This document shows, in pieces, positions 41,882-52,234 of a stretch of DNA of 64,000 nucleotides. The stretch is from Bacteroidota bacterium (lineage in GTDB: Bacteria; Bacteroidota; Bacteroidia; Bacteroidales; ML635J-15), in NCBI GenBank assembly GCA_029564465.1, contig JAKQPY010000062.1, positions 4,230 through 68,229 on the forward strand. Reading direction: 5' to 3'. A program made the translations under genes and the position numbers. A model generated the notes under the pieces. The model saw only the letters and a list, made by a program, of their open reading frames with translations. It did not search any database and was not told the origin of the DNA. Numbering within the stretch: position 1 is the stretch's first letter; each line of letters opens with the position of its first letter.

Positions 41882-43399
41882 ATGCCTTTGATAAATTCGA
41901 TACTGAATCTGGTGAATTTTGGCCGGCTCGAAGAAATTGAATACTTCAGGCGTCATGCCGAAGAAATTCAGGAAAATCAATTTAAGCAGCTGATACAAAG
42001 TGCGTCCGATACAGTATTCGGGCAAAAATACCACTTTGATGAAATAAAAAGTCGCCACGAATTCAGCTCCCGAGTCCCCGTGCACGATTATGAAAAGCTA
42101 AAACCCTATATTTTCAGGATTATGCACGGTGAACAAAACATTTTGTGGAATACCGAAACCAAATGGTTTGCAAAATCGAGCGGGACTACCTCCGATAAAA
42201 GTAAATTCATTCCAATCACGCGCGAATCGCTAGAAAATTGTCATTTCAGAAGTGGTAAGGATATTTTTGCCATGTTCACAAGCAGTTACCCCGACACCAA
42301 TATTTTTAGCGGGAAAACACTGACACTGGGAGGCAGTACCAGCATCAATTCGCTCAGCGAAAATTCATATTACGGTGATCTTTCGGCGGTTTTAATACAA
42401 AATCTGCCATTCTGGACCTATTTCAAAAGGGTTCCCAGTCCCGAAATTGCTCTGATGCAAGAATGGGAGTCGAAAATGCAAATGATGGTGGAAACGACCA
42501 TAAATAAAAATGTAACCATTCTGGTAGGTGTACCTTCGTGGTTTTTAGTACTCCTGAAAAAAGTGATTGAAACTACCGGTGCCAGAACCATACTCGATGT
42601 ATGGCCAAATCTGGAGTTATTCATCTATGGTGGCATTAATTTTCTTCCATATGCCGATGTATACAGGAGTCTCATACCATCGGAACAGATGAAATACCTC
42701 GAAACCTATAATGCCTCCGAGGGATTTTTCGGGATTCAGGATGACCTGAACCGCGACGACATGCTGCTGATGCTGGATTACGGTATATATTATGAATTCA
42801 TGCCGATTGAGCACTCGGGAGAAATGTCGGAAAAAATAGTAATGCTTGAGGATGTGGTTCCTGGTCAGAACTATGCCATGATAATTTCGACCAACGGAGG
42901 CCTTTGGCGATATTTAATTGGCGACACGGTCTGTTTCACATCTAAAAATCCGTATAAAATAAAAATCACAGGGCGCACACGACATTTTATCAACGCTTTT
43001 GGAGAAGAACTGATTATAGACAATGCGCAGATGGCCATTAAAGAAGCCTGTGCACGCACGGGAGCACAGGTACTCGAGTTCACTGCTGCACCGGTATTTA
43101 TGGATAAGGAACACAAAGGCTGTCACGAATGGTTATTCGAGTTTGGGAAAAAGCCCGATTCGATGGAAAAATTCATGTACGTGCTCGATATCGAACTACA
43201 GCATTGTAATTCGGACTACGAAGCCAAGCGGTATAAAAACATGACCCTCGAGTTCCCTTGTTATCACATTCTAAAAGATGGTTGTTTCATGCATTGGCTG
43301 CAATCGAAAGGCAAACTCGGCGGACAGAATAAAGTACCACGGCTGTCGAACTCCCGGACTTACGTTGAAGAACTTCTTGCAATAAATCAGCAGATATAA
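41882..43399 (+). CDS. GH3 family acyl-adenylate/amido synthetase-like protein
   Basis: FAKSSGTT, YNASEGFFG, YYEF, GLWRYLIGD, GRT, GGQNKVPRL. Confidence 0.92.
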   Translation: MPLINSILNLVNFGRLEEIEYFRRHAEEIQENQFKQLIQSASDTVFGQKYHFDEIKSRHEFSSRVPVHDYEKLKPYIFRIMHGEQNILWNTETKWFAKSSGTTSDKSKFIPITRESLENCHFRSGKDIFAMFTSSYPDTNIFSGKTLTLGGSTSINSLSENSYYGDLSAVLIQNLPFWTYFKRVPSPEIALMQEWESKMQMMVETTINKNVTILVGVPSWFLVLLKKVIETTGARTILDVWPNLELFIYGGINFLPYADVYRSLIPSEQMKYLETYNASEGFFGIQDDLNRDDMLLMLDYGIYYEFMPIEHSGEMSEKIVMLEDVVPGQNYAMIISTNGGLWRYLIGDTVCFTSKNPYKIKITGRTRHFINAFGEELIIDNAQMAIKEACARTGAQVLEFTAAPVFMDKEHKGCHEWLFEFGKKPDSMEKFMYVLDIELQHCNSDYEAKRYKNMTLEFPCYHILKDGCFMHWLQSKGKLGGQNKVPRLSNSRTYVEELLAINQQI

Positions 43400-43409
43400 G
43401 CTGTGTTAG

Positions 43410-44129
43410 CTATAGTCGTTTAAGCTGCTGCAGGTACATCTGTATAGCGTTCTCGAGACCAAAGTATAAGGCATCGGCTATCAGTGCATGACCAATTGAA
43501 ACCTCGAGTAATCCAGGAATACTGTCACTAAAAAACTTCAGGTTTTCGAGACTCAGATCGTGGCCGGCATTCAAACCCAGACCCATGCTTCCGGCAAGTC
43601 CGGCAGCCTTTACAAAAGGCTCAACCGCCTCGTAACGGTTGAAGCTATAATTGGCAGCATATGGCTCGGTATAAAGCTCAACCCGGTCGGTTCCGGTTTC
43701 TGCAGCATACTTCAGGGTTTCGGGATTCGTGTCGACAAATATTGAAGTTCTGACACCTTCACCATGCATTCGTTTCACGATTTCCTTTAAAAACCGGAGA
43801 TTCGACTTTGTATCCCATCCCGAATTCGAAGTAACCACATCGTGGGCGTCGGGAACAAAAGTAACCTGTGCGGGATGCACAGCCCCAACCAGTTGGAGAA
43901 ATGACTCCGATGGGTATCCTTCGATATTAAATTCGGTCATTATCAGAGGCTTCAGATCGTAAACATCCTGATATCGGATATGGCGTTCGTCAGGGCGGGG
44001 GTGAACAGTAATTCCCTGAGCTCCAAATTGCTGGCATTTAACAGCCGCCAGACAAACATCGGGAACATTTCCACCCCGGGCATTGCGTAGGGTAGCAATT
44101 TTATTTATATTTACACTTAATTTGGCCAT
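43410..44129 (-). CDS. pdxJ: Pyridoxine 5'-phosphate synthase
   Basis: [38 protein letters not shown]. Confidence 0.97.
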   Translation of the reverse strand: MAKLSVNINKIATLRNARGGNVPDVCLAAVKCQQFGAQGITVHPRPDERHIRYQDVYDLKPLIMTEFNIEGYPSESFLQLVGAVHPAQVTFVPDAHDVVTSNSGWDTKSNLRFLKEIVKRMHGEGVRTSIFVDTNPETLKYAAETGTDRVELYTEPYAANYSFNRYEAVEPFVKAAGLAGSMGLGLNAGHDLSLENLKFFSDSIPGLLEVSIGHALIADALYFGLENAIQMYLQQLKRL

Positions 44130-44197
44130 CGGTTTTTTATTATTTTGGCCACAAATTTAATAATTGTTTTTGTGCTTCGATAAAACAAAACCGTGAT

Positions 44198-44863
44198 ATG
44201 CTCGCACACGACCTTATTTCGGAAACTGTTCCAAGCCTAAGAACTTCCGATACCGGAACTCAGGCTCTTAACCTGATGGAAACTTATAAAGTTTCACATC
44301 TGCCGGTGGTGAACAATGAAGAATTTCTCGGTCTTATTTCGGACAGCGACATATATGACCACGAAAATACCGACGACCCCATTGGAAATCACAACCTGAG
44401 TCTGGTAACTCCCTTTGTATTTGCAGGACAACACATCTACGAGGTTATTGAGTTGCTCGACAGATTGCAGATTAGTGTGGTGCCTGTACTTAACCGTCAA
44501 AAGCACTACCTTGGCGTAATTACAGCACGCGATTTGGTTCAGGCCTTTGCCAAAATGGCCACAGTTCACAAATCGGGAACCATTCTGGTACTCGAAATGA
44601 ATATTCACGATTACTCATTGAGCCAGATTGCACAGATTGTTGAATCGAACAACACAAAGATTCTCAGTATGTACGTTTCGGCCAACGACGATACTACCAA
44701 GATAAATATTACCCTAAAACTCGACTCAACCGATGCTGCTGCAGTAATTCAAACTTTCGAAAGGTATAATTATACCATTTCGGGTCGTTTCCTGAGTGAG
44801 GAAAACGAAAAAATCACCCTGTTCGACCGATACCAATCCTTGCTGAATTACCTGAATATGTAA
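44198..44863 (+). CDS. CBS-domain protein (AcuB-like, C-terminal ACT-like domain)
   Basis: HLPVV..GLISDSD, VVPV..YLGVIT, DYSLSQIAQIVESNN. Confidence 0.88.
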   Translation: MLAHDLISETVPSLRTSDTGTQALNLMETYKVSHLPVVNNEEFLGLISDSDIYDHENTDDPIGNHNLSLVTPFVFAGQHIYEVIELLDRLQISVVPVLNRQKHYLGVITARDLVQAFAKMATVHKSGTILVLEMNIHDYSLSQIAQIVESNNTKILSMYVSANDDTTKINITLKLDSTDAAAVIQTFERYNYTISGRFLSEENEKITLFDRYQSLLNYLNM

Positions 44864-44865
44864 GG

Positions 44866-46236
44866 GTGAAAACAAAAATCTGCATTATCGTTGTTTTGAT
44901 TGCCTGCACCGGGTTGGTTGCACCCATTAAGGCTCAGCGAATGGTTATCGACAGTATCAGGTTGCAGGGCAACAATAAAACACAAGGTGAAATAATTTTC
45001 GCAGAATTAAGTTTTGCTCCCGGCGACAGCCTTACTTCGACAATGCTCGACCGGGAAGTAATTGTTTCGGAAAATAAACTCCGGTTACTCGGTTTATTTA
45101 ATTTTGTAAACATCACTTATCAGGCAACCAATTCGGAGCATGTATGCGTTATAGTTGACCTTGTTGAACGCTGGTATGTGTGGGTATATCCTATTTTGGA
45201 GATTGGGGATATCAACCTCGATACTTATATTTTGAATCAGGAATATACCCGCATTAACTATGGAATTTCGTTTGAGCGACACAATCTGTTTGGTAAAAAC
45301 CAACTGATAAAAGCAAAACTACGCCTTGGTTTTAAGGAACAATACTCTGTTTATTATTCTAACCCGGTATGTCAGGGTAAAAAAAACCTGGGGTACTTTG
45401 CCGGAGTTGATTTTTTCAGGATGAAGGAAGCAGTAGTCGCTACCGAAAACTTCAAACCCGTTTATTACAAATCGCCCGGCCAAAACCAGTATATCTTCCA
45501 CTACCTGAACGCATCGGCAGGTATGGGATTAAAGCTTGCCGGTTCAACGAATCTGAAGGTAAAATTGGCATACCACTATTATTTCTGCGACATCGATTAT
45601 CCTGATTTCGGCAGTAACAATTTCAGATTTCCCGAAGCATCCTTGAAAATCGAATCGGATCACCGTGACAACAAATATTTCCCAAGTTCAGGATATTTTA
45701 TAAGTTTCGAAATTTCGAAATATGGTTTTTTCAAGTATCCTGATATTAACAGCACCGATCTGTTGATTTTCGATTTGAAATTCGATGCACATGTTCGTCT
45801 TGCAAAAAACATTCTGGCAGGAACCCAGACCCACTGGGTTTACCAGAACAGTGGAACGGAACACACAAATTTCTGGTTATACCGGAGTATTGGTTACGAA
45901 AATTACCTGCGTGGAGCTGATAATATGATAATAAATTCAGCGCTGTATGCCTATGCAAAAAATTCAATTCGTTTTACGCTGTTCCATCGCGACCGCAGCG
46001 AAATGCACCTGACTGGTCTGCGACAATTCGATCTTTTCCATCTTTCACTTTATGCCGGTGCCTTTGCCGATATTGCCATCGCAAAACCTTACGGGCTCAT
46101 CGTCGGAACCGGTGCTGGTTTCGATTTAGTCACATACTACGACCGGGTTTTAAGTCTGTATTACGCCTACAACAATGTAACCAAAAACTTTAATATATTT
46201 GTCCAGTTCAAGTCTCCAATAATTAAACAATACTAA
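44866..46236 (+). CDS. Omp85/BamA-TamA family outer membrane protein with a single POTRA domain
   Basis: GTG start, signal peptide, POTRA signature I.L.GNNKT..IIFAEL..LGLF..V, VERWY barrel entry, YLRG loop motif. Confidence 0.75.
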   Translation: MKTKICIIVVLIACTGLVAPIKAQRMVIDSIRLQGNNKTQGEIIFAELSFAPGDSLTSTMLDREVIVSENKLRLLGLFNFVNITYQATNSEHVCVIVDLVERWYVWVYPILEIGDINLDTYILNQEYTRINYGISFERHNLFGKNQLIKAKLRLGFKEQYSVYYSNPVCQGKKNLGYFAGVDFFRMKEAVVATENFKPVYYKSPGQNQYIFHYLNASAGMGLKLAGSTNLKVKLAYHYYFCDIDYPDFGSNNFRFPEASLKIESDHRDNKYFPSSGYFISFEISKYGFFKYPDINSTDLLIFDLKFDAHVRLAKNILAGTQTHWVYQNSGTEHTNFWLYRSIGYENYLRGADNMIINSALYAYAKNSIRFTLFHRDRSEMHLTGLRQFDLFHLSLYAGAFADIAIAKPYGLIVGTGAGFDLVTYYDRVLSLYYAYNNVTKNFNIFVQFKSPIIKQY

Positions 46237-46238
46237 GT

Positions 46239-47120
46239 ATGAAACTGGCTGTTTACGGCAGAAATTTTCCGAAAAAATTCAACGGTGTCGCCATTCAGTT
46301 TTTCGAGTTGCTTCGGACAGCCGGCATTCAGATTTACATTAATGAAAAATTTCACGATTTTATTTCGGTAAATCTTGCTTATAAGTTACCGGTCGAAGGG
46401 GTCTATCAACAGCATCTGGCAGCCGATATTAATTTCGATATGCTGATTAGTATTGGTGGTGACGGCACCTTTCTCGAAGCGGTAACATTGATTTACAACC
46501 GGGACATTCCTGTTTTGGGAATAAACACCGGCAAACTGGGATTTCTGGCAACGGTGAGTCACGATCAGGTAATAGGAGCTGTTAATCAGATTGTAGAAAA
46601 AAAGTACAGCCTATCGAAACGTTGGTTGCTGGGTATGGAAACCGGTTGTGAAATACTCTCACCATACAGTTTTGCGCTCAACGAGTTTACGATTCAAAAA
46701 TTACACATGCTTAACATGATTAAAATCAAGGTGTTTTGTAACGATGAATTTGTAAATACTTACTGGGCCGATGGCATCATTATAGCAACACCGACAGGGT
46801 CAACTGCCTATTCGCTGAGCTGCAATGGTCCGATACTATCACCCGAAAGCGATTGTTTTCTGATTACTCCGATTGCAACGCACAATCTGAGTGTACGTCC
46901 ACTGGTAATACCAGCCAATGCCACCATCAGACTCCAAGCCGACGGCCCCGTAAAAGAGTTGCTTGCCACACTCGATTACAGGTCACAGGCTGTAAAGTCA
47001 AATACAGAGTTTACGATAAAAAAATCAGAATTTCATATTAATGTTGTAAATTTGTCTCAAAATTATTATTTTAGCACCCTCCGCGAGAAGTTGATGTGGG
47101 GTGTTGATGTGCGGAATTAA
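46239..47120 (+). CDS. nadK: NAD kinase
   Basis: GGDGTFL, GINTGKLGFL, ALNE, ADGIIIATPTGSTAYSLS. Confidence 0.96.
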   Translation: MKLAVYGRNFPKKFNGVAIQFFELLRTAGIQIYINEKFHDFISVNLAYKLPVEGVYQQHLAADINFDMLISIGGDGTFLEAVTLIYNRDIPVLGINTGKLGFLATVSHDQVIGAVNQIVEKKYSLSKRWLLGMETGCEILSPYSFALNEFTIQKLHMLNMIKIKVFCNDEFVNTYWADGIIIATPTGSTAYSLSCNGPILSPESDCFLITPIATHNLSVRPLVIPANATIRLQADGPVKELLATLDYRSQAVKSNTEFTIKKSEFHINVVNLSQNYYFSTLREKLMWGVDVRN

Positions 47121-47167
47121 ATATTAAGGTATTTGTTGATATTACTGTATTTTGAAATAAACCGGTT

Positions 47168-48061
47168 ATGAAAAAAATAACAATTTTTCTTATTTTCAGT
47201 GTTTTTTGTTCGTTTGCGTTACATGCGCAATTGGGTACCCATTGGAAAAAAATCCGCCATGAAGCCATTGTCGGGTTCGGCGCCACTAGTTTTTTAGGTG
47301 AATTGGGCGGGGCCAATCAGATTGGGACTCACTTTATCCGCGATTTCGAATTTAAATCGACCAAAGGGCTTTTCGAGGTAGGTTATCGCTATAAACTGGA
47401 AGAAGACTGGGCAATTAAAGGAGCCATATGGTATGGTTGGGTTTCTGGAGCAGATAGTCTCACTCAGGAGATTCACCGCAGAAACCGCGATCTCAGTTTC
47501 AGGTCTCCCATTGTTGAACTTACCGCAAACATTGAGTATTCAATAATCAACGAGAGATACGGGCACCGATACGATTTGAGGAGAATAAAAGGTAAAAAAA
47601 ATACCCCGAACCTTTACGTATTTACCGGAGTGAGTGCTTTTTACTTTAATCCCAAAGCAAAATACACCGATGGGGAATGGTATGCATTACAACCATTGGG
47701 AACCGAAGGACAGGGCAGGGTACCCACACGCGAAAAATACAGCCGTATTGCCATGGCGATTCCGGCCGGTATTGGGATGAATTATATGCTCGACCGTAAT
47801 TGGGGAATAGGCGCAGAACTTGGTTTCCGCTACACCTTCACCGATTATATGGACGATGTAAGTACAACCTATGTTGACAGTAATCTGTTTAATGATGACC
47901 CGATTGCCCAGTATTTTCATGATCCGACCAACGGAACCTGGGTAGGTGCCGGGACATTAAACCAGCGTGGAGACGATCACTACAACGATTTTTACATGTT
48001 CCTGTCGGTAAATGCCAGCTATAAAATCAGACCGCGTCAACCGGGCTTACCTAAATTTTAA
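47168..48061 (+). CDS. DUF6089 family outer membrane beta-barrel protein (PorG paralogue)
   Basis: Signal peptide, FLGELG, RDLSFRS, LQPLGTEGQ, RYTFTDYMDDVS, QRGD..NDFY. Confidence 0.8.
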   Translation: MKKITIFLIFSVFCSFALHAQLGTHWKKIRHEAIVGFGATSFLGELGGANQIGTHFIRDFEFKSTKGLFEVGYRYKLEEDWAIKGAIWYGWVSGADSLTQEIHRRNRDLSFRSPIVELTANIEYSIINERYGHRYDLRRIKGKKNTPNLYVFTGVSAFYFNPKAKYTDGEWYALQPLGTEGQGRVPTREKYSRIAMAIPAGIGMNYMLDRNWGIGAELGFRYTFTDYMDDVSTTYVDSNLFNDDPIAQYFHDPTNGTWVGAGTLNQRGDDHYNDFYMFLSVNASYKIRPRQPGLPKF

Positions 48062-48133
48062 TACCATTGTAATTTTTGCAGACTTTATACGTTGTTGGTT
48101 TAAGAATTCTATTAAGATGAAAAACTTTCTGGT

Positions 48134-48868
48134 ATGAAGTCTGTTAATTTTGTTATCATTATCACCTGTATTGTGATTGGCTTTGAGGCTGTTACACCGG
48201 CAAAAGCACAGCGTAGTGGTGCCGGAGAACTGGGTGCTATGGGCGGAGCATCTTACTATATGGGTGACATAAACCTTGCCCTGCCTTTTTATCAGCCCCA
48301 ATTAACCCTGGGTGCTTTCTACAAACATCATTTGAATTCGAGATTGAGCCTCAGGGTCGGTTTCTACGTTGCTTCGCTTGCAGCCAGTGATCAGGATTTC
48401 GATTCGTATTACCAACAATTGCGCAATCAAAGTTTTTCGACTAACCAAATGGAAATTTCGCTGCAAACTGAATTCAATTTTTTGCCCTATCTGGTTGGCG
48501 AAATGAAGAAGCGTAACTACACCCCATATCTACAAACCGGACTAACTTATTATCTGACACCGCTTTCGCAGGATGTCGCAGGGCTGGCTATACCGGTTGG
48601 GTTTGGATTCAAGGTAAATATTTCGCGCAGGATGATTCTTTGCGCAGAATGGTGTTTCAGGCGCACATTTACCGATTTACTCGATAACACAACCGGTGAA
48701 GACCTGTACCAATATAATAACCGGGAACGGACTCCTTATAATTCGACGACGGGGATCCGACAAAACGGATTTGCCATGAACAAAGACTGGTACTCATATG
48801 CATCACTTGGATTGTCTTACGCATTCAGCTGGGGTGGATTTCCCTGCCCGGCATACGATGTTTATTAA
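48134..48868 (+). CDS. porG: DUF6089 family protein, probable T9SS component PorG
   Basis: GASYYMGDIN, RNQSF, IPVGFGFK, RRTFTDLLD, NKDWY, C-terminal PCPAY Cys; directly upstream of uppS-bamA-skp. Confidence 0.7.
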   Translation: MKSVNFVIIITCIVIGFEAVTPAKAQRSGAGELGAMGGASYYMGDINLALPFYQPQLTLGAFYKHHLNSRLSLRVGFYVASLAASDQDFDSYYQQLRNQSFSTNQMEISLQTEFNFLPYLVGEMKKRNYTPYLQTGLTYYLTPLSQDVAGLAIPVGFGFKVNISRRMILCAEWCFRRTFTDLLDNTTGEDLYQYNNRERTPYNSTTGIRQNGFAMNKDWYSYASLGLSYAFSWGGFPCPAYDVY

Positions 48869-48876
48869 ACCAGGCC

Positions 48877-49620
48877 ATGAGTAAACTTTCGGAAATTGAT
48901 AAGACCAGACTTCCTGCCCATATAGCTATAATTATGGACGGGAACGGCCGCTGGGCAAAAGAACAAGGCAAAAACCGTCTTTTCGGGCATCAGCAAGGGG
49001 CAAGAGCAGTAAAAAGCGCGATTATCGGAGCACGTGAAGCAGGAATTAAATACCTCACACTATATGCTTTTTCGACCGAAAACTGGAATCGACCCGAAGA
49101 CGAAGTCAAAGGACTGATGAACCTTCTGGTAACCTCGATCGAAAAAGAGCTTGCCGAATTGCACGAAAATGGGGTACGTCTGATAATCCTGGGTGATTTG
49201 AGCCGGCTTAGCAATAAAGTACGTAAAAAAGTTGAATTTGCAGTAACCAAAACTGCCTCCAACACCGAACTCAGCCTTCAGGTTGCCCTAAGTTATAGTG
49301 GTCGCTGGGAAATTGCAACTGCAGCACAACGAATTGCTGCCGATTGTATTGAAGGCAAAATTACACCTGCCGATATCACCGAAACATCGTTCCAGCAATA
49401 TCTATCCACTGCAGGTATTCCCGATCCTGAACTCATGATAAGAACCAGTGGCGAAATGAGAATCAGTAATTTTTTATTGTATCAGTTAGCCTACTCCGAA
49501 TTGTATTTCCCCTCGCTCCACTGGCCTGAATTTACTAAAGAAACCTTGTTCGAAGCTATAATTAATTATCAGAACCGCGAACGACGTTTCGGAAAAACAA
49601 GTGAACAAATAAAAACCTAA
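48877..49620 (+). CDS. uppS: Undecaprenyl diphosphate synthase
   Basis: HIAIIMDGNGRWA, YAFSTENWNRP, IRTSGEMRISNFLL, RERRFG. Confidence 0.98.
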   Translation: MSKLSEIDKTRLPAHIAIIMDGNGRWAKEQGKNRLFGHQQGARAVKSAIIGAREAGIKYLTLYAFSTENWNRPEDEVKGLMNLLVTSIEKELAELHENGVRLIILGDLSRLSNKVRKKVEFAVTKTASNTELSLQVALSYSGRWEIATAAQRIAADCIEGKITPADITETSFQQYLSTAGIPDPELMIRTSGEMRISNFLLYQLAYSELYFPSLHWPEFTKETLFEAIINYQNRERRFGKTSEQIKT

Positions 49621-49629
49621 TTTTGCCGC

Positions 49630-52164
49630 ATGAAAAAGATTGGATTACTCTTGTTGGTTATGTGCTTTGCGTTTTCGATGCAGGCTCAGGATGAGATTAC
49701 CGCTCAACCAAAAAAAATTGATTATACCGAACCGGCAGAATACGAAATTGGCGGAATTCAGATCAGCGGAATCCGGTACCTTGACCCAAACGTGTTGATT
49801 CATCTGACAGGCCTTCAGGTGGGCGATGTTATAATGATACCCGGTGACGAAATCACAAAAGCCATCAATAAACTTTGGGAGCAAGGCCTGTTTTCGGAAG
49901 TGAAAATAAGCCTGATTAAAGTGGTTAACAATAAAGCTTTCATTGATATATATCTGCAGGAACGCCCTCGTTTATCAAAGTACGCTTTTAGTGGTATCCG
50001 AAAATCGGAGGCCGACGATATCAAAGAGCAGATAAAACTGGTTCGTGGAAGTCAGGTTACCGAAAACACCTTGCTGACCACAAAAAACATTGTAATAAAT
50101 TACTTCATCGACAAAGGATTTTATAACGTTGATGTTACTATCGATCAGGAACCTGACACGACAATGGTTAACCATATCATTCTCAAAATAAACATCAACA
50201 AGAACGAAAAAATTAAAATCAACGATATACACTTCTCAGGAAATGTTGCTATAGGTCACGAAAAGAAATGGTATAATTTTTACCGTTCGCCCGAAAAAAT
50301 TGCAGATTCCCAGTTGAGGAGAGCTATGAAAGAAACCAAAGAAAAGCGCTGGTATAACATCTTCAAAGCCTCGAAAATGATGGAGGATAAATACGAAGAG
50401 GATAAAACAAAAATTATTGCAAAATACAATGAGCTGGGGTTTCGCGATGCCCGGATTATTTATGATTCTATTGTACGACACGACAATCAGACCATCGATG
50501 TGTTTATAGGCATCGAAGAAGGACCCAAATATTATTATCGCAACATCACATGGCTTGGAAATACCAAGTATTCTTCAGAGATTTTGTCTCAGGTACTGGG
50601 TATAAAAAAAGGAGATGTTTACAATCAGAAATTACTTGACGAAAAATTGTTGTACGATCCACAAAGCGTATTTTCGCTGTATCAGGACAACGGATATTTA
50701 TTTTCGAGTATCACACCGGTGGAAACATATGCCGGAAACGATTCGCTCGACATTCAGATGCGCGTTTACGAAGGAAAACAGGCACGCATTAACCGTGTAA
50801 GTATTTCGGGGAATACCCGTACCAACGACCGCGTGGTTATGCGAGAAGTACGTACATCGCCCGGAAGTCTTTACAAACGCAGCGAAGTGCAACGCACCAT
50901 ACGTGAATTTGCCCAGTTGGGATATTTCGATCCCGAAAAACTGAATGTTGATTTCAATCCCGACCCGGCAAAAGGAACCGTCGATTTGGAATACCTTGTC
51001 GAAGAGAAACCCTCGGACCAGATTGAATTATCGGGTGGTTGGGGAGCCGGGATGATCGTTGGTACATTGGGATTATCGTTCAATAATTTCTCGTTACGCA
51101 ATATTTTCAACCCATCCTCCTACCGACCGCTCCCAAGTGGTGACGGGCAACGTCTTAGCCTCAGGGCACAGGCCAGCGGACTGTGGTATCAGAATTACAG
51201 TTTCATGTTTGTGGAACCCTGGTTGGGAGGTAACAAACCCAATTCGCTTACTACATCGGTATATCATTCAATTACTACCAACGGAGCTACCGACGAAGAA
51301 GAGCGCACTTCGTTTAAGGTTACCGGAGCAGCCTTTGGACTGGGACGAAGACTGGCATGGCCTGATGATTATTTTACACTCTATAACGAACTCAGTTACC
51401 GGTACTACGACATTAACAACTATTCAGGCTTCCTTTATAAACAGGGGCATTCAAACAATATTTGCTTCAAGACTGCAGTAAGTCGTGCTTCCAGCGGGCC
51501 CAATCCAATTTTCCCCACGGTAGGCTCATCGTTTAGTTTTTCGGTTGAACTCACCCCCCCATATTCAGCGTTTCAGAATGCAGACTATTCAACAATGAGT
51601 GCAACTGAAAAATACAAATGGATTGAATATCACAAGTGGAAGGTCAGCGGCTCGTGGTTTACCACCTTGTTGGGCAGCAAATCGGGCGACTCGCGCGCAT
51701 TGGTTTTGCTCACCAAATTCGAAGCAGGAATACTCGGGTACTATAACAGAAAATTGGGACCATCCCCGTTCGAAGGTTTTCAGCTTGGAGGCGACGGATT
51801 ATACGGTTACAACCTGTATGGCCGCGAAACTATTGGTATGAGGGGCTATTTAAATAACTCATTGACTCCTGAAGACGGGGGGAATGTATATGATAAATTT
51901 ACTCTTGAGTTGAGGTATCCTCTCTCGCTGAACCCTACTGCGACATTGTTTGCACTTGCTTTTGTTGAAGCAGGGAATGCCTGGTACGACATTAAAAAAT
52001 TCAATCCGTTCGATGTTAAAAGATCTGCCGGTGTGGGTGTCAGAATTTATATGCCTATGATTGGTATGCTGGGCGTTGACTGGGGCTATGGTTTCGACGA
52101 AATTCCCGGAGTAACTGGTTCTAATGGCAGTCAGTTTCATTTTGTAATTGGACAAACATTTTAA
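49630..52164 (+). CDS. bamA: Outer membrane protein assembly factor BamA
   Basis: Multiple POTRA domains, GNTRTND, MRGY motif, C-terminal FHFVIGQTF. Confidence 0.95.
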   Translation: MKKIGLLLLVMCFAFSMQAQDEITAQPKKIDYTEPAEYEIGGIQISGIRYLDPNVLIHLTGLQVGDVIMIPGDEITKAINKLWEQGLFSEVKISLIKVVNNKAFIDIYLQERPRLSKYAFSGIRKSEADDIKEQIKLVRGSQVTENTLLTTKNIVINYFIDKGFYNVDVTIDQEPDTTMVNHIILKININKNEKIKINDIHFSGNVAIGHEKKWYNFYRSPEKIADSQLRRAMKETKEKRWYNIFKASKMMEDKYEEDKTKIIAKYNELGFRDARIIYDSIVRHDNQTIDVFIGIEEGPKYYYRNITWLGNTKYSSEILSQVLGIKKGDVYNQKLLDEKLLYDPQSVFSLYQDNGYLFSSITPVETYAGNDSLDIQMRVYEGKQARINRVSISGNTRTNDRVVMREVRTSPGSLYKRSEVQRTIREFAQLGYFDPEKLNVDFNPDPAKGTVDLEYLVEEKPSDQIELSGGWGAGMIVGTLGLSFNNFSLRNIFNPSSYRPLPSGDGQRLSLRAQASGLWYQNYSFMFVEPWLGGNKPNSLTTSVYHSITTNGATDEEERTSFKVTGAAFGLGRRLAWPDDYFTLYNELSYRYYDINNYSGFLYKQGHSNNICFKTAVSRASSGPNPIFPTVGSSFSFSVELTPPYSAFQNADYSTMSATEKYKWIEYHKWKVSGSWFTTLLGSKSGDSRALVLLTKFEAGILGYYNRKLGPSPFEGFQLGGDGLYGYNLYGRETIGMRGYLNNSLTPEDGGNVYDKFTLELRYPLSLNPTATLFALAFVEAGNAWYDIKKFNPFDVKRSAGVGVRIYMPMIGMLGVDWGYGFDEIPGVTGSNGSQFHFVIGQTF

Positions 52165-52234
52165 TTTTTTAATTTTGGCGTATATTTTGTAATTGAGACA
52201 TCGTTCAATAATGTTAAACTAAAATATCAGGACC

